A stretch of 64,000 nucleotides of DNA, taken from Eremomyces bilateralis CBS 781.70. Taxonomy: Eukaryota. Of this stretch, positions 1 through 12,279 are shown piece by piece; position 1 is the first letter of the stretch; each line of letters begins with the position of its first letter. The translations under genes were made by a program, and so were the position numbers. The notes under the pieces were generated by a model. It did no database searches. It worked only from the letters and a program-made list of their open reading frames with translations, and had not been told where the DNA came from. The stretch is from the NCBI GenBank assembly GCA_010015585.1, contig ML975182.1; one strand, given 5' to 3'.

Positions 1-88
1 ATCACGAGCGTAGCGAGTTACTTAAGTGGTATTGGTAGAATCAAAAACTTTTTATTGCCCTCTCATTGGCTAGACAGGGGTTCGCGAA

Positions 89-127
89 AGGAAACCACGT
101 GATTTATGAGAGGAAACCACGTGATTT
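89..127 (+). repeat. Direct repeat AGGAAACCACGTGATTT x2 in the Helitron 5' region
   Basis: Identical 17-mers at 89-105 and 111-127. Confidence 0.8.
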
Positions 128-291
128 CGATGCTTTTTACTGTTTACTTTCTGTCGCTCTCTTTCCTCTCCACCACTCTTCCCACATGGGCCTCGCAGGG
201 AGGCCTAACGGGCGTAGGGATACCAATCAATCAATCTACTTCTTATTCCTGATCTACCACTTACTTATCCTTCTATTATTACGCCTCCGAC

Positions 292-3200
292 ATGTCATCT
301 TCTGGAGACGCCGGTGGTAGAGTATGCTCGAATTGTAGGTCCTGGAGGGTTGATAAGGAGTTTACTTCGAAGCGTCGCCGACTACTGGTCAAGAAGTGCT
401 GGCGATGTCGTTACGGCCACGATCATGGTGATGCTGTAGGTAGAGTGAATGATTCGAATACGTTCAAGCTGACATCATTAGACCCCCTATCTTCGACCCG
501 CCGCTACGTCTACGCGAGACGCCTCGTCCTCGCAACCAACCGACACTGAGGACGATAGGTCTTGGAGGCGGGAGGCTTCCCTATTCCACCGTGCCGGAAT
601 ACATAGCCAAGACGATGGGGATAGAGCCGCTGCTCGCAGGGAGTATAATGCTATGTCACGGGCTCATCGCGCTGCTACTCGTCTACACCGTAATGTCCAG
701 CCGCTACCAACGTTCGGGGATTATCTCCAACGACGGAGGCTATCACCTTCACATCAACCGCAATCAGGTCAAGGTGCTCCTGATGATGGCGACAACGGGT
801 TTAGGCGTCTAAGTCCGATCTCCTTGGCCGGGTTATCCCAAATTCAGGGCGATGAGCAACCCCGTACACGTCATCAGGAAGATGAGCAACGCGATCGTAC
901 ACGTCAACGGACAGATGAGCAAAGCGATCGTACACGTCAACGGAGAGATGAGCAACGCAATCGTACACGTCAACAGCGAGATGATGGTCGTACAGAAGCA
1001 CTTCAGCGCGGAGATGTTCGCCTCGATCCCCAGTCCCGGGATTTCAACATCCAGGATGCCAATCTTTCCGAGCAGGATTGGGGATACGTTAAGGCCTTCC
1101 ACCAGGAGATGGCTAGTTTGAACCTTGAGCACTGCGCCCAATGTGACGAAAAATGGTTTGATATGCGTCTCGTGGATGGTATATGTCATCGATGTAGGAT
1201 CGACGATAGGAAACGAGGCGATTTACCACCGCTGTATTCCGCAGAGAATCATTTAAATCCTGGTCTGGGCCCGTCGCATCACAATCTTCCTGAGTTATCT
1301 CAAGTAGAGGAGCTCCTTATCGCCCGTGTCCATTGTGCTGTGGAGGTTCGAAAGGTTAACGGTCTTCAGTACCGTTATACAGGACATATCATCAACTTCA
1401 TGAGAGACGTGGGGCGCGTATACAATCGACTACCTCTCCTTCCGAAAGACCTTGAGATCGTTGTCCTTCGCCCTGCGAATTGGGATCAGGATCCCCGTAT
1501 GCAGCGCCAGTTTCGACGCGACTACCGTGTTCGCCGTACTGTCATCGAGCAGTGGCTAACCCATCTCAAGGTTCACCCCCCTAGATATCTGTCGTGAGCA
1601 GTTGCTAACCCATCTAAAGGTTTACCACCCCGGATATCGCGATGTCGTCGTCGACCCTAGCCGCGTGCAGCATCTTCCTATTGATGATAGTATTATGGAA
1701 GAGGTCGGCGTCCAGACTATTGAGGAAGAAGAGCTAGGAGGCGGCGATGACGATACGGGAGACGAGGTAGATTACGTCGCCGTAGTCCCGGATCTCCTCC
1801 AACCCCAGACGGAGATGGAGCAACTTCGGCAGCATGTCGATGATGCTCATGAACGTCGACGTGAGCATCTGACGATGCCTGAGTTTAGATTGACTCCTCT
1901 ATCTGAGTTTAACCACTCTCAGGCTCTTCTAAGCCTGGCGTTCCCAAGCTGCTTCCCCTGCGGTATTGGGGACTTCGTTCATCCCCGTCTCCGTAAGGTA
2001 GAGTATCGTGAATATATTAAGCATCTGATGAGGTTCCACGATGGTCGCTTTGCGAAACATCCGCGCCTACGGTATGTCCTTTTTAACACTCTTTTCCGGA
2101 AACAGGTCAGTACCCGTGCATCTTACTTCGTTCGTCAACGTCCTGAGCATAATGATCTATCTCTTGAGGAACTCCGTGCTGCTTTTGCGGATGACTCTCC
2201 TGAAGCCCAGGCCCTTCTGAACTCTATTATCCGTTTTTCAGGGAGTCTACGCGGCACGCGGCCCTATTGGATTGGGCGTGGTAAGCAGCTTGAAGCTACC
2301 GTGCAATGGTTTGGGTCTCCCGACATCTTTTTAACGCTGTCGGCCGCCGATTACCACTGGGATGATCTACAGCGTCATTTACCTCAATATGAGGAGTGGC
2401 GTAATGGATCTCCAGCGGAGCGGATCTCAATCTCACGCCGGAACCTCCGAGACTATCCCCATATCGCCGCCTTCCTCTTTCATCGGCGCCGTGAGGCTCT
2501 CTACAAGAATTTAGTAGATCCTAAGTTTAACATCCGCGATCAATGGGGCCGATACGAGTGGCAGGGTCGCGGCTCGTCGCACTCACATTTCCTCCTCTGG
2601 CTAGACCGTGCCTGCCCTAACAGCGAGCTTGATCGTATCCCTACGGAGGATCTCCCTGCCGCCCTTGAGAAATTTGCGCAGTTCTGGGGCGGTCACATCA
2701 CGGCGTTAAACCCCGAACCTTCCCGTCGGGTGCGACCAGAGGATGAGCGGAGTGCTATCGCGCTAAGTCCCCACACCCAGGAGAATATACTGGCCCATTA
2801 CTCGGCTATCATCAACCGTGTACAGAGGCACCACTGCAGTGATGCGTACTGCCTCCGTACGAATAAACGCACTGACCGGAAGGAGTGTCGTTTCTACGCC
2901 CCATGGCGGATCCGGGATGTGCCTGTGGTTACGAAGGATGAAGGCAACCCTAGGTTCTTTAACTTTCGCGGTATCCGGAACGATGATCGGTTAAATCACA
3001 GCAACCCTGCCCTTATCACAGCCTGGCTTGCGAATATCGATATCACGCCCTGTACAGGGAGTCGAGCAGTATTAGCGTATCTTGGAAAGTACTGCTCAAA
3101 ACCAGAGAAGAAGACGGCCACCTTCCACGATATCCTAAAACATCTCCTAACGATCGTTCCCGAACATACGCGCCGGCCATTCCTTTCGCTGACCACGAAG

Positions 3201-5555
3201 ATTATGAATCGTCTAATTGGTGAGCGGGATTGGTCAGCCCAGGAGGTTTCCCATATTCTTCTTGATCTCCCCCTCCAAGTCTCTTCACGCGTGGTGATTT
3301 CCGTCGATTGTCGCCCGGAGGTGGAGCAGCCCCAAGGAATTGAAATCCAGGACGATGGGACTATCCAGAGCGGCCTCTCCCCTCTTCAAAAGTATAAGCA
3401 AAGACCTGAAGCGTTTAACGACATTTCCTATCTTGAGTTTCTACGTTGCTATGAATTCGCACGGGTTAACTCAATTCGGAAGAGAGGAGAAGGGAAGGAG
3501 CGGGCGTTAAATTACTTCCCCCGATATTCATCGGTCGGCGATACCCGCGAAGACTGGTGTCGCGTTAAACTGATGCTACATCACCCCTTCCGCCGTATGG
3601 ATGATCTCCTCCGGCCCGAGCTTGATGGTCTGCTTTTTGCGTCGTATTCTGAGGTGTATTCCGCGTCTTGCGTGAATGGTCAGCATAACCATCCGGTGGA
3701 TCATTACGACCCTATTGTTCTTGCGGACGAGGATGAGTTTGAAGAAGGCGCCAATGAGGAGGAGGATCAGCAAGGGAGCTGGGATGAGCTCGCCGGTCAA
3801 CTGCCTGGTCGCGATAGAACCGTTCTAGAGGACCCAGATGCCCTTGGTCAACGACCTCTTGACCGTGAGTACGATTGGGCGTCCCATGTCGGGAAGTATG
3901 AGATTACGAAGGAGTGGTGGGCCACTGCAAAGGCCCAGTATCCCTATATTCATGAAGCTGTTCCCTTCGCACCTGATACCGTTGAAAAGCTGAACGCTAA
4001 ACAACGTATAACATACGATATCCTGACGACCCACTTCGCACACGTTATTGCGACAGGCACTCCTGGGCCTCAGCTTCTGATTAACGTTGATGGCGAGGCG
4101 GGTACAGGGAAGTCTTTTGTTATTCAGCTGATCTCCTCGCATCTCCAGGAGGCAGCTTCACGGCATAGATTACCGAACCCTGTTCTTCGTGCTGCGCCTA
4201 CGGGCGTCGCAGCTCACAGTCTCTCCGCGTCGACACTACATACTCTTTTCCGTCTTCCTGTCCAGAATATCAATTCTCTCGATCCCCTCCGGCCGGCTGC
4301 TCTTCAAGCCGCTCAGGCCACCTTCCGGGGTATACGGTACCTGATTATCGATGAAAAATCTATGATCGGCCTTCGCCAGCTCTCCCATATTGACCGTCGT
4401 TGCCGCGAGATCTTTCCTGGCGTAGACAAGTCTTTCGGTGGTCTCTGTATTCTCCTCTGTGGCGACTTCTTCCAGCTTCCTCCGGTCTTGGCAACTGCTC
4501 TTTATAACCAGAAGAGTCATCTAAATCTAGATGAACGGCATGGGCGTAGTATCTACTACCAATTCGAGCGAACGATCAAACTTGATGAAGTCGTGCGGCA
4601 GCAGGGTAATGACGTTGAGTCGATTCAGTTCCGCCAGGCTCTCGATCACCTGCGGATAGGCTCCGCAACTCGTGACGACTGGACACTGCTTAGTACACGA
4701 GTACAGGCCATGCTTCCGTCTGAGGAGGTAGCATCGTTTGGGGACACTCTCCGTATCTTTGGTAAGAAAGCGCCGGTCGCCGTGTATAACTACTGTCGTT
4801 TACGCGATCTCCGTTCTCCTGTTATGATATGTCGAGCTATTCACGAAGGAGGGGCGAAGGCAGAAAAAGTTCCGACTAATGAGGCAGGAAACCTCCATTC
4901 GGAGATTCCGATGGCGTTGGGAACCCGTATTATGTTGACAGAGAATCTCTGGACCGAACGAGGCCTGGTGAACGGTGCGATGGGAACAGTGCGTGATATT
5001 AGCTGGCAGGCTGGTGCTGATATCCATAAGGATCCTCCTTCCGTACTCCTCGTTCAATTCGATCGGTATGATGGACCGACGTTGGACGTAGGCGGCATTG
5101 GCTTGGTCCCAATCCTCCTATCACGCCGCGAGTTCTATATCGAGAATACTTCCTGCTCACGTTCACAGTTCCCGTTGACCATCGCCTATGCCATCACAAC
5201 GCATAAGTCGCAGGGAATGACTCTAGAACGGGCTGTGCTGGACATTTCGGAGCGGGAGTTCGCGCCTGGCCTGACCTATGTGGCAGTCTCCCGTGTGAAA
5301 AGCCTTAGAGGGATCATGTTTGAGGCTCCATTCGACTTGCAGGATTTGAACCCTCGCACGGAGAGCGAGACGATGAAGTTCCGGAAGGAGGATGCGCAGA
5401 GGAGGGAGAACCAGCATATCACGGCAGAGGTTTGTTTACATTATTTGAATCAATCGCGCGGTGTTGACATAGTGTAGGATATCCGACGGGCAGTCGGATC
5501 GTCATCCTCAATTCCGCTTTCTTCGCAGGCGGCACTGTTAGGACGGAGTTCATAG
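292..5555 (+). CDS. Helitron RepHel transposase (Zn finger, DUF6570-like region, HUH Rep, PIF1 helicase), four exons
   Basis: Exons 292-435, 482-1570, 1620-5429 and 5478-5555 join in frame via introns 436-481 (GTAGGT..GCTGAC..TAG), 1571-1619 (GTTCAC..GCTAAC..AAG) and 5430-5477 (GTTTGT..GTTGAC..TAG). Motifs: CxxC pairs, EWQGRGSSHSH (HUH), YLGKYCSK (Y2), GEAGTGKS (Walker A), IIDEKSMIG, GDFFQLPPV, AYAITTHKSQGMTL, YVAVSRV. Confidence 0.9.
851..985 (+). repeat. Coding minisatellite, 33-bp unit, about 4 copies (DEQRDRTRQRx)
   Basis: GATGAGCAA..CGATCGTACACGTCAACGG repeats, giving an 11-aa repeat in the RepHel N-terminus. Confidence 0.9.
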
Positions 5556-6047
5556 CTGGGTGGCGTGGATGCGGAGGATTTCCGGAAGGCGGAGAGTGAA
5601 TGCTGTAAGCAAGGTAGTTATGTGGCGCGAGATCAGGATCAAAACATCACTGTACGATCAGACGATCAGATGAGAAAAGGGGATCATTTGATTTCCTAAT
5701 TAGGAAGTATGCACTCGTCGCGAAGATGCTGTTTTTGAGCGATTCAACTATTTCCGTGTTTCCTCCCCATGATTAGGAATACCTTGATTAATAATCCTAC
5801 GGGGGGTGATGCTATACTCTAGGATGGGAGAGATCACGTGCTAGCTGCGCTCGTGATGATTTGGGGCAGAAAGGTTGCCTTTATGCACCACTGGCCTATT
5901 TTTAGAAATCTGCCAGAACGGCCAATGTCTACCCACTGGCAGGTTCAGAAGCTACAGGTTCCTACTGTGTATAGTCATGTTGCCAAGTCACGATGTGTGA
6001 CTTCGCTTAATAGCTTCAAATTCCAAACTGACCTCTCTTCTCTCTTA

Positions 6048-6465
6048 CCCATCCACCCTGTAACTACATACTAGCCACGTGACCTAGGAATACTGTGCTC
6101 TGATTAGTCTATTTCGAAAATCCCTACAGCGCGGGCACCCCACCACCTATTCCGGGCACCCCTACAACATATTCTAGGCATCCCCCATTACCTGTTTTGG
6201 GCACCTCCACCACCTATTTTAGGCCCTACAATCACCCATTTTGGATACCGTTTATTACTCCCGCCTCCGTTTTGGGCACAGGTGCTAGAAAGGGTGGTTG
6301 GGAGTGCCCGAAAACGGATGATAGAGGGTGCCTAAAATGGGTGATGATGGGGGTCTAAAGTTAGTGGGGGGGAGTGTGCCTAAAATAGGTGGGGGAGGTG
6401 CCCAACAAGGGGAGTAGGGGTGCCCAGAACGGGTGGTGGGGGTGCCTAGAATGGGTGGTGGCAGT
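6048..6465 (-). mobile_element. Truncated, inverted copy of the foldback MITE at 13481-14054
   Basis: Reverse complement aligns to about 13595-14010. Internal ~20-bp repeats of type CCACCCATTTTAGGCACCC. Several differences are transitions. Confidence 0.85.
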
Positions 6466-6783
6466 GCCATTGTGATAACAATGAGGAGCAGAGAACCTGC
6501 CAGCGAGCGTTATTATCGGGTCCATCGATGGAGCAGAAAAAAACCTGCCGCAGGTTTGCCTAATTGGGCGAAATACGAGGTGGCGGTGCGCTAAAAAAGC
6601 CACATTTCGGGATGTGGACCTGCCGGCAGGTTTTCACCACTAAAAAGTAGACATACACCCATTCTGGCGCTAATATCGAACCTGCCATGAATCTGCTACG
6701 AATCTGCCACTATTTAAGTAGACAAAGCCACCTGCCAGCGCTATTATCGAACCTGCCGGCTTCGAGGTAGACAAGGCCTTAGT
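6466..6783. mobile_element. Short non-autonomous element 'A' with repeated ACCTGCC motifs
   Basis: 6466-6587 is an inverted copy of 13297-13418 and 6712-6783 an inverted copy of 12062-12133. It abuts the MULE transposase right after the DCTYKT motif. Confidence 0.75.
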
Positions 6784-7683
6784 CTTGTACGTACAATCTA
6801 AGATCAAGACATCATGGTGGTTTTGGAGTACTTCCAAGGACCGCCGGTGAGCGAAGAAAAGGTGAGTGATCCGCCTCGTTTCTGGGTCATATTGGTGGCT
6901 GGTGATTAGGTCGGTTCGCGTGCTAAGTTCCCGTAGAAGTGCTTGAATATAGGACTGTCCTTTCAAACGGTGGAGCTTCAAAAAGTCGCGTCGATTATAT
7001 ATATCTCTCCTGATCAAATCTGTGCCGGATTGGATGGCGTTATAGATCTGTTTTGGCGTACATCCAGCCATTGTCATCTTGTCAATTTCCTGCTTCTGTT
7101 CCACAGTCAATTTGAAGTGGCTGCGGTGAGCTGATGCCGAGGAGACAACGTTATGGTTATGCCCTAAAACCACGGTATGAATAACCCAACGCCGCGTATC
7201 ACGGTCGAGTTTGGTCTTAACCGCCCATCCACAGCCGGTTTTCGAGCTTCCAGTCTTGCGGAATAAGGACGGGATTTTGAGAGGCTTTCCGGACCGATCG
7301 CACTCGAACCAGGCACGATTCTTCTCATCCCAGTACTTATCGGTAAAGGTCTTACCTTTACGGATACCGAAACGCCGATCACGCGTGTATTGGAGGAGAT
7401 ATTGGTAGGCATCGTCGATATCCTTTCAGCCTTGATCAGGCTGGACCGGTGGGGCGGAAAGATTGATATAGTCCTCCTGTATCGTATTTAGGAAGTCGTT
7501 GAAGAAGGAGTCAGGTAAGTCCTCTATATCTTGGTCGATCTCATCGCTAATCTCCTCATCTGCAGTCGCAAAGCTCTCCTCCATATCACTGTCTCCAGCC
7601 TCACTTCCCTCCTCATTTCCACCAAAATCTGACGAATCGAGATACGGGACTAGGCCTAACGAATTAGTTGGGCGGAGAGCCAT
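6781..7683 (-). pseudogene. Mutator/MULE (FAR1-like) transposase, 5' half
   Basis: One frame from 7683 with a single premature TGA at 7426-7428. FAR1-like FECDRSG..GC..HNH, then HLFFAH..DVLILDCTYKT, where it is truncated. Confidence 0.85.
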
Positions 7684-7794
7684 ATTTAGGAATATGGGGT
7701 CACGGATAGGAAACCGGAGGACCCCGAAAAACAGAGAGTCAGAGACATTCTGATCTCTGACAGTTGATATTTAATACTTCTATATCACCATTTC

Positions 7795-7982
7795 TGTTAT
7801 GGGTTGAAACCCTTGGTTGGCTCAGGCTGAGAGCCTAAGCCTGATTAGGTTAAGGGTAAATCAGAGTCCAACCTCTCCGATGTAAACAAGAAAGCTTCCC
7901 TTTGTTGTTCTCTTCTTTAGCTTAATCTAGAATATCTTTGGCTACGTGTATGTTGTGTGCATCCAGCTACCGTGCCGTAACA
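7795..7982. mobile_element. Solo LTR, 188 bp, without TSD
   Basis: TGTTA...TAACA termini. Nearly identical to 38057-38244. Flanks ATTTC and TTGCC do not match. Confidence 0.9.
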
Positions 7983-10226
7983 TTGCCAAGCAGTCTATAG
8001 AGGGGATCGAGCCACAGTAACAGACACTGTAATAGAGACAGGTGAAGATGAATAAGATAGAGTAGGGGAAGGTATAGGAGCAGGTGCAGGGATCGACACA
8101 GATATAGAAGTAGTTATAGTGTTCGTAACTAGTGTAGATGTAGGAATTAACACGGCGACAGAGGTGTTTAGGTGTCGTAAGACCTCAGCAAGTGTTTGAC
8201 CCTGAGATTAAGGAGGAGGTTGAAATCGAGGAAGAGAAGCCGGTGCACGTCGTTCAAAATCTTATGGATCTCGACGAGTTATAGCATTCGTAGCTAGTGC
8301 AGATGTAGGAATTGACACGGCGACAGAGGTGTTTACGTGTCGTAAGACCTCAGCAAGTGTTTGACCCTAGGGTTGGGGAGGAGGCTGAAATTGAGGGATA
8401 GAAGGTGGCATACGTCGTTCAAAAGCTAATGGATCTCGACGAGTTGATGCCTCGTTCTTCCTCGGTGCACCTCTTGTTTGAGCAGGAAGCGGCTCTAGGA
8501 TAGATTAATATGGCCTTGGAGAGAGACTCATTAACAGTCCTTGCTTACGTTGATAGCGCCAATGATCGTCGTAGTCGTTTAGTCGTAACGTCGATCCAGA
8601 ATTCATCATATCTCATAGCGTATGATGACATGGAAGACCGTTTATGGCATCAAAGAGGCCAGAACAGGGATGTCCGCTGCGACGTTGCGTCTGCTCCTTC
8701 TGGCGCAGCAGATCCTGTTGTCTAATGCGTTCGATTGCCGGTGGCGTAAGAATGTCATGAATGCCAGGAGGTAGTAACGGCATTGACTCTAGTCTATGCT
8801 CGAATTTAACGCTGTGTTTAGAAGAAGCAATCTTTTTCTTATACTTGTTGTATTGACTCTTAACCATCTGCTCAATCCTTCTAACAACACGCAGCAAGTC
8901 GCCTCTTGAAGTCATAAGGTAGTCCTTTAATACCTTATATATTCCTTCAACAGGAGAGGTTGTAATGGTATTGTAGTGTCGATACTGAGACGTCCAAGCA
9001 GCTGCCCACTCAGTGCGTGGGTTCCACTGATTTTTGCGTAAGTATTGGCAAAGCTCTGGCTGGTCAGCATAGTCTTTAAGTAACTCGTCCCACTTCAACT
9101 CAAACGTAAGTAGTCCTTTTGCGTAGACAAGCTGCTCTAGTTAGTTCTATGAAAGACTTATAAGAGGCCATTAGCGAGGAGCATACCTGACTCCAACGTT
9201 TCATAAATTGACCCCGTTGGTCGGTGATTCTTTGCTTCTCCTCTTTTGTCGCGCCATCAGCGTCTCGCCAGGTCTTTTGAGCCTTTGTTTGCACATTCTT
9301 ATTGATATGCCATACGCACAGGAGTTGTGGAACACCTGGAAACAGAGTGCGAGCTGCCAGTTCACCGCATCCTCTTGATCGCTAATGAACACGCGTGGCT
9401 ACGGTGTCCCGGTCTTGAGGAGGAAGTTCGAGATCGCCCAATGGTAATCTTCTTCTTTCTCGCTGTGGAGGAAGCAGAACCCTGCAGAGAAGAAGGTCTG
9501 CAGATTGGTGCAGCCGAGTATGTGCAACAGTGGGAGTTTGTACTGGTTGGTTCGGTACGTACAGTCTATCAATAGGATATCGGGATTCGCAAGCAGTAGC
9601 TCGATCTGCTTCTGGTGGGCAAAGAAGAGACCTTGTACGTGATTATCCGCGTCCTTCTTAACAGTAAAGACCCATTCCGGCGTAGATAAGTCATCTAGTA
9701 ATGTCTCAATCGGACTCCTCCCATTCAAGTGCTTCTCTCTAATTGCCTTCCTCTCGCTGCGGATATCGGTGGCAGAGACTAGCGTTTCCGGGTCCTCCTT
9801 TTAAATAGCAGCCATTATCTGCATCGGCCGCACCCCGGCATGTTTCATTGATTCAATTATGTCTTTCTGTACTGATGTACGCCTGCGATAGACATTATGC
9901 GCACTAGGGTTAAGTGATCGGGGGTGGTTGTGATGCTTGTGTAGCACATCTAGCTTCCACTGGTCGTCATTTTTATACTTGAATATGACAAGCTTAAAAT
10001 TACACCCTATTGTGCATGTGCTTGTGCTTATAATCCTTGCTCTTGACTGATAGTTTCCGGATCGATCACAGTGATAGTAATATCGCGTCTTTATAACAGA
10101 ATCTTGAGGTTTGCTCCGTTTGAGTATAAAGCCGTAACCATGCTGCATACCATGGATCTTGAGAGCGTTGTAGGCTTCTTCATAGGATACGTGAAGACCA
10201 TCTGGAGGAGGGGCGATATCCTCCAT
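7983..10226 (-). pseudogene. Second MULE transposase, degenerate
   Basis: ORF pieces YYHCDRSG..GC..HNH, GLFFAH..LLIDCTYRTNQYKLPL, FISDQE, TTSPVEG..LK, and SWIM-like CSG..GLPCHH, broken by stops and frameshifts. Confidence 0.9.
8122..8446. repeat. 165-bp tandem duplication in the MULE 3' region
   Basis: TTCGTAACTAGTG at 8122 versus TTCGTAGCTAGTG at 8287; many differences are transitions. Confidence 0.85.
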
Positions 10227-10439
10227 GCTAAGGTCTATGAGAGAAGGAATAGATTGAACACTGATAACTAATTGATATTTGTCCCTAGGCGAAGACGAAG
10301 GAAATTACGCGCTAGGCCCAGTTGAGCGATTAATTTCCACCATTACTAGCGGGGAGGAAAAATCTCTCAGGGATGAAAACCCCACAATACGGGAGGAAAT
10401 ATCTCACCAGCCAAATCTTTATAAATCACTTTGAAGCTA

Positions 10440-10637
10440 GTCCTAATGAAGTAGTTTACCGATTTACCGATTTCGCCGATATTGACAAAATTTAACGGAT
10501 AAAATATCCGTGTAATAGAAAGGTTGCCGATATGAATCGGTGAATCGTATCCGCAAACCCGAAAGGTTGACGATATCGGATCCGTGCCGATATCGTACCT
10601 GCAAAATCGGGAAATCCGCCAATCGGGAACAGCCCTA
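10440..10637 (-). mobile_element. hAT-like terminal fragment
   Basis: Minus strand begins TAGGGCTG followed by many CCGAT/ATCGG subterminal motifs. No convincing partner TIR or TSD. Confidence 0.5.
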
Positions 10638-10731
10638 ACCATGGGAGTCGGTCAGTGGGTTATATGGGGCCCGAAGACCTTACGGCACTTCGTTCCTCCA
10701 GGCACATACGTTCCTCCAGGCACAGCCTCGA

Positions 10732-11676
10732 TTAGCCAGCCTGCTCGTTGGGTATCTGTGTGTTCACATCTATGTCTTCACAACCATCCCTGGCCTCAAG
10801 CTCAGCAGGTTGAGGGCCTCTTATCCTCTGTCCAAGCTTAGTAGCTTGAGGCCCTATTATTCCCAGCTCGTGTACTGGTAGGTGTTGACTTATAGGCGTC
10901 AAACCTCTCTTTTGCTTTTCCAATTTCCTCTTATCTACCGCTTGTTGCCAGGCCATACGAGCGATTGCTCCTAGAGCTATTGCTAATCCAATTCCGAGAC
11001 TGATACCTACGCCCAGTGTAGCAGTGTTGCTACACTTTTCCGGTGCGTATGAACCTCCACTAGGTGCCGGGCTTGAGTTGGAAGTACTGTCAGAAGTAGG
11101 GTAGGTATTGTTTCCCGCGTTTCCAATAGTTTTTATTTCGCTTAAGAAAAGCCGGCCGATGTCTCCATCCGTTATAAGGAGTGAACGGTTTTGGCAACAG
11201 CTTTCTTTATCGCTAGGGTCTCTGCAGCACCAAACTCCTCGTTTACATGGCTCAATAGCGTATCCCATGGCTCTTTTCCCAAACACAGGTGCAACTATGG
11301 TTTAGTTGTTAATATCACACTTTGGCTAACTTAGTGCGGATGATGCACCTTAATTGATTGGTGTTCTCTTACCAGGATTACAGAAGCTTGGACACTCTGG
11401 AGATTTGCCTGTAGGATCGGTACACCCATTCTGAAAAACCAGACCTGGATAGGTATAGCGTATAGGTTGACAGAGGCCAGTTGTACGGCATACATCAGGT
11501 CCGATCTGGGCCGTTGCACAGCATGCACTGTACTTTGCCGAAGGGTCGCAAGGCTGCATGTTGATAGGGTCGCGGGGTTGTCCATTGGCGCCAAAACATT
11601 CTCCATTCACAGATGTGATAACCACAAAGGGTGATATCGATAAGAGGCGCAGGAGGATATTTAGAGGTTTAAACAT
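10732..11676 (-). CDS. Cys-rich type-I membrane protein (signal peptide, CC motifs, Ser-rich stalk, single TM), one intron
   Basis: MFKPLNILL.. signal, ECF..PC..SACC..C..GLC..GCTDP..CPSFC, GTAAGA donor near 11372, then PC..WCC..SCC and TM LGVGISLGIGLAIALGAIA. Confidence 0.75.
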
Positions 11677-12061
11677 TCTGTTGGTTATTATAGTACTAAC
11701 CAGGGAGAACTGAATAATCACAGTTTATATTGGCTAGCTAATATCAGACCAAACGAAAGATAAAGAAGAAGGAAATGAGGAAGAGAAGGCGGAACACCCT
11801 CCTTAAATAGTGCTTAACTTGCTTGTGCAACCTCGCGTAGCCTCTTAACCGTTATACGACATATTTCAGTTTTGGTCAAGCTGCAAGTGTTACGATCATA
11901 TTTGTTGGTTTTAGATTACCCTACTTCATACTGAACAACCAATCATGTTACACTAGACTTACCTTGTCACAGGATACACCAGTTTGCCTATGTTATAATC
12001 CTGACTCTACTTGTGGTATTTGAACCACCAATCGGGTTACGTCAAGAGTCGCACAGTGACC

Positions 12062-12133
12062 ACTAAGGCCTTGTCTACCTGAAGGCCGGCAGGTTCGATA
12101 ATAGCGCTGGTAGGTGGCTTTTTCTACTTAAAT
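12062..12133. mobile_element. Element 'A' second copy, left part
   Basis: Inverted match to 6712-6783. Confidence 0.75.
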
Positions 12134-12279
12134 ACAGTTAGACCTCGTTATAAGAATACGGGTATATAGGAATATCGGGTTACAGGAATAGGTTTCGCCA
12201 GATTTTCGTCAAAAACCTAGTATATTGCTCGTTATAAGAATTATAAGAATATTCCAATCTTAAAAGTCAATATTCTTAT
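12134..12279 (+). mobile_element. pogo/Tigger-like MITE, left arm
   Basis: TA-CAGTTAGACCTCGTTATAAGAAT start resembles pogo-type TIRs. The inverted arm (AATATTCTTAT) is cut by the LTR at 12280. Confidence 0.55.

Larger units (their letters stand above)
1..5857 (+). mobile_element. Autonomous Helitron (probably non-canonical, Helitron2/Helentron-like)
   Basis: Encodes Rep (HUH) plus PIF1 helicase. Window start ATCACGAGCGTAGCGAG (1-17) is a 15/17 inverted match to CTAGCTGCGCTCGTGAT (5841-5857). ATCACG...CGTGAT hairpin at 5833-5857. The true 5' end may lie outside the window. Confidence 0.85.

Noticed and set aside
653..1597. Separate gene upstream of the helicase ORF
   Set aside because: Joins the flanking ORFs in frame through predicted introns as one RepHel gene.
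6130..6460. CRISPR-like array of ~20-bp repeats
   Set aside because: Eukaryotic context, degenerate units without unique spacers, and part of a foldback MITE.
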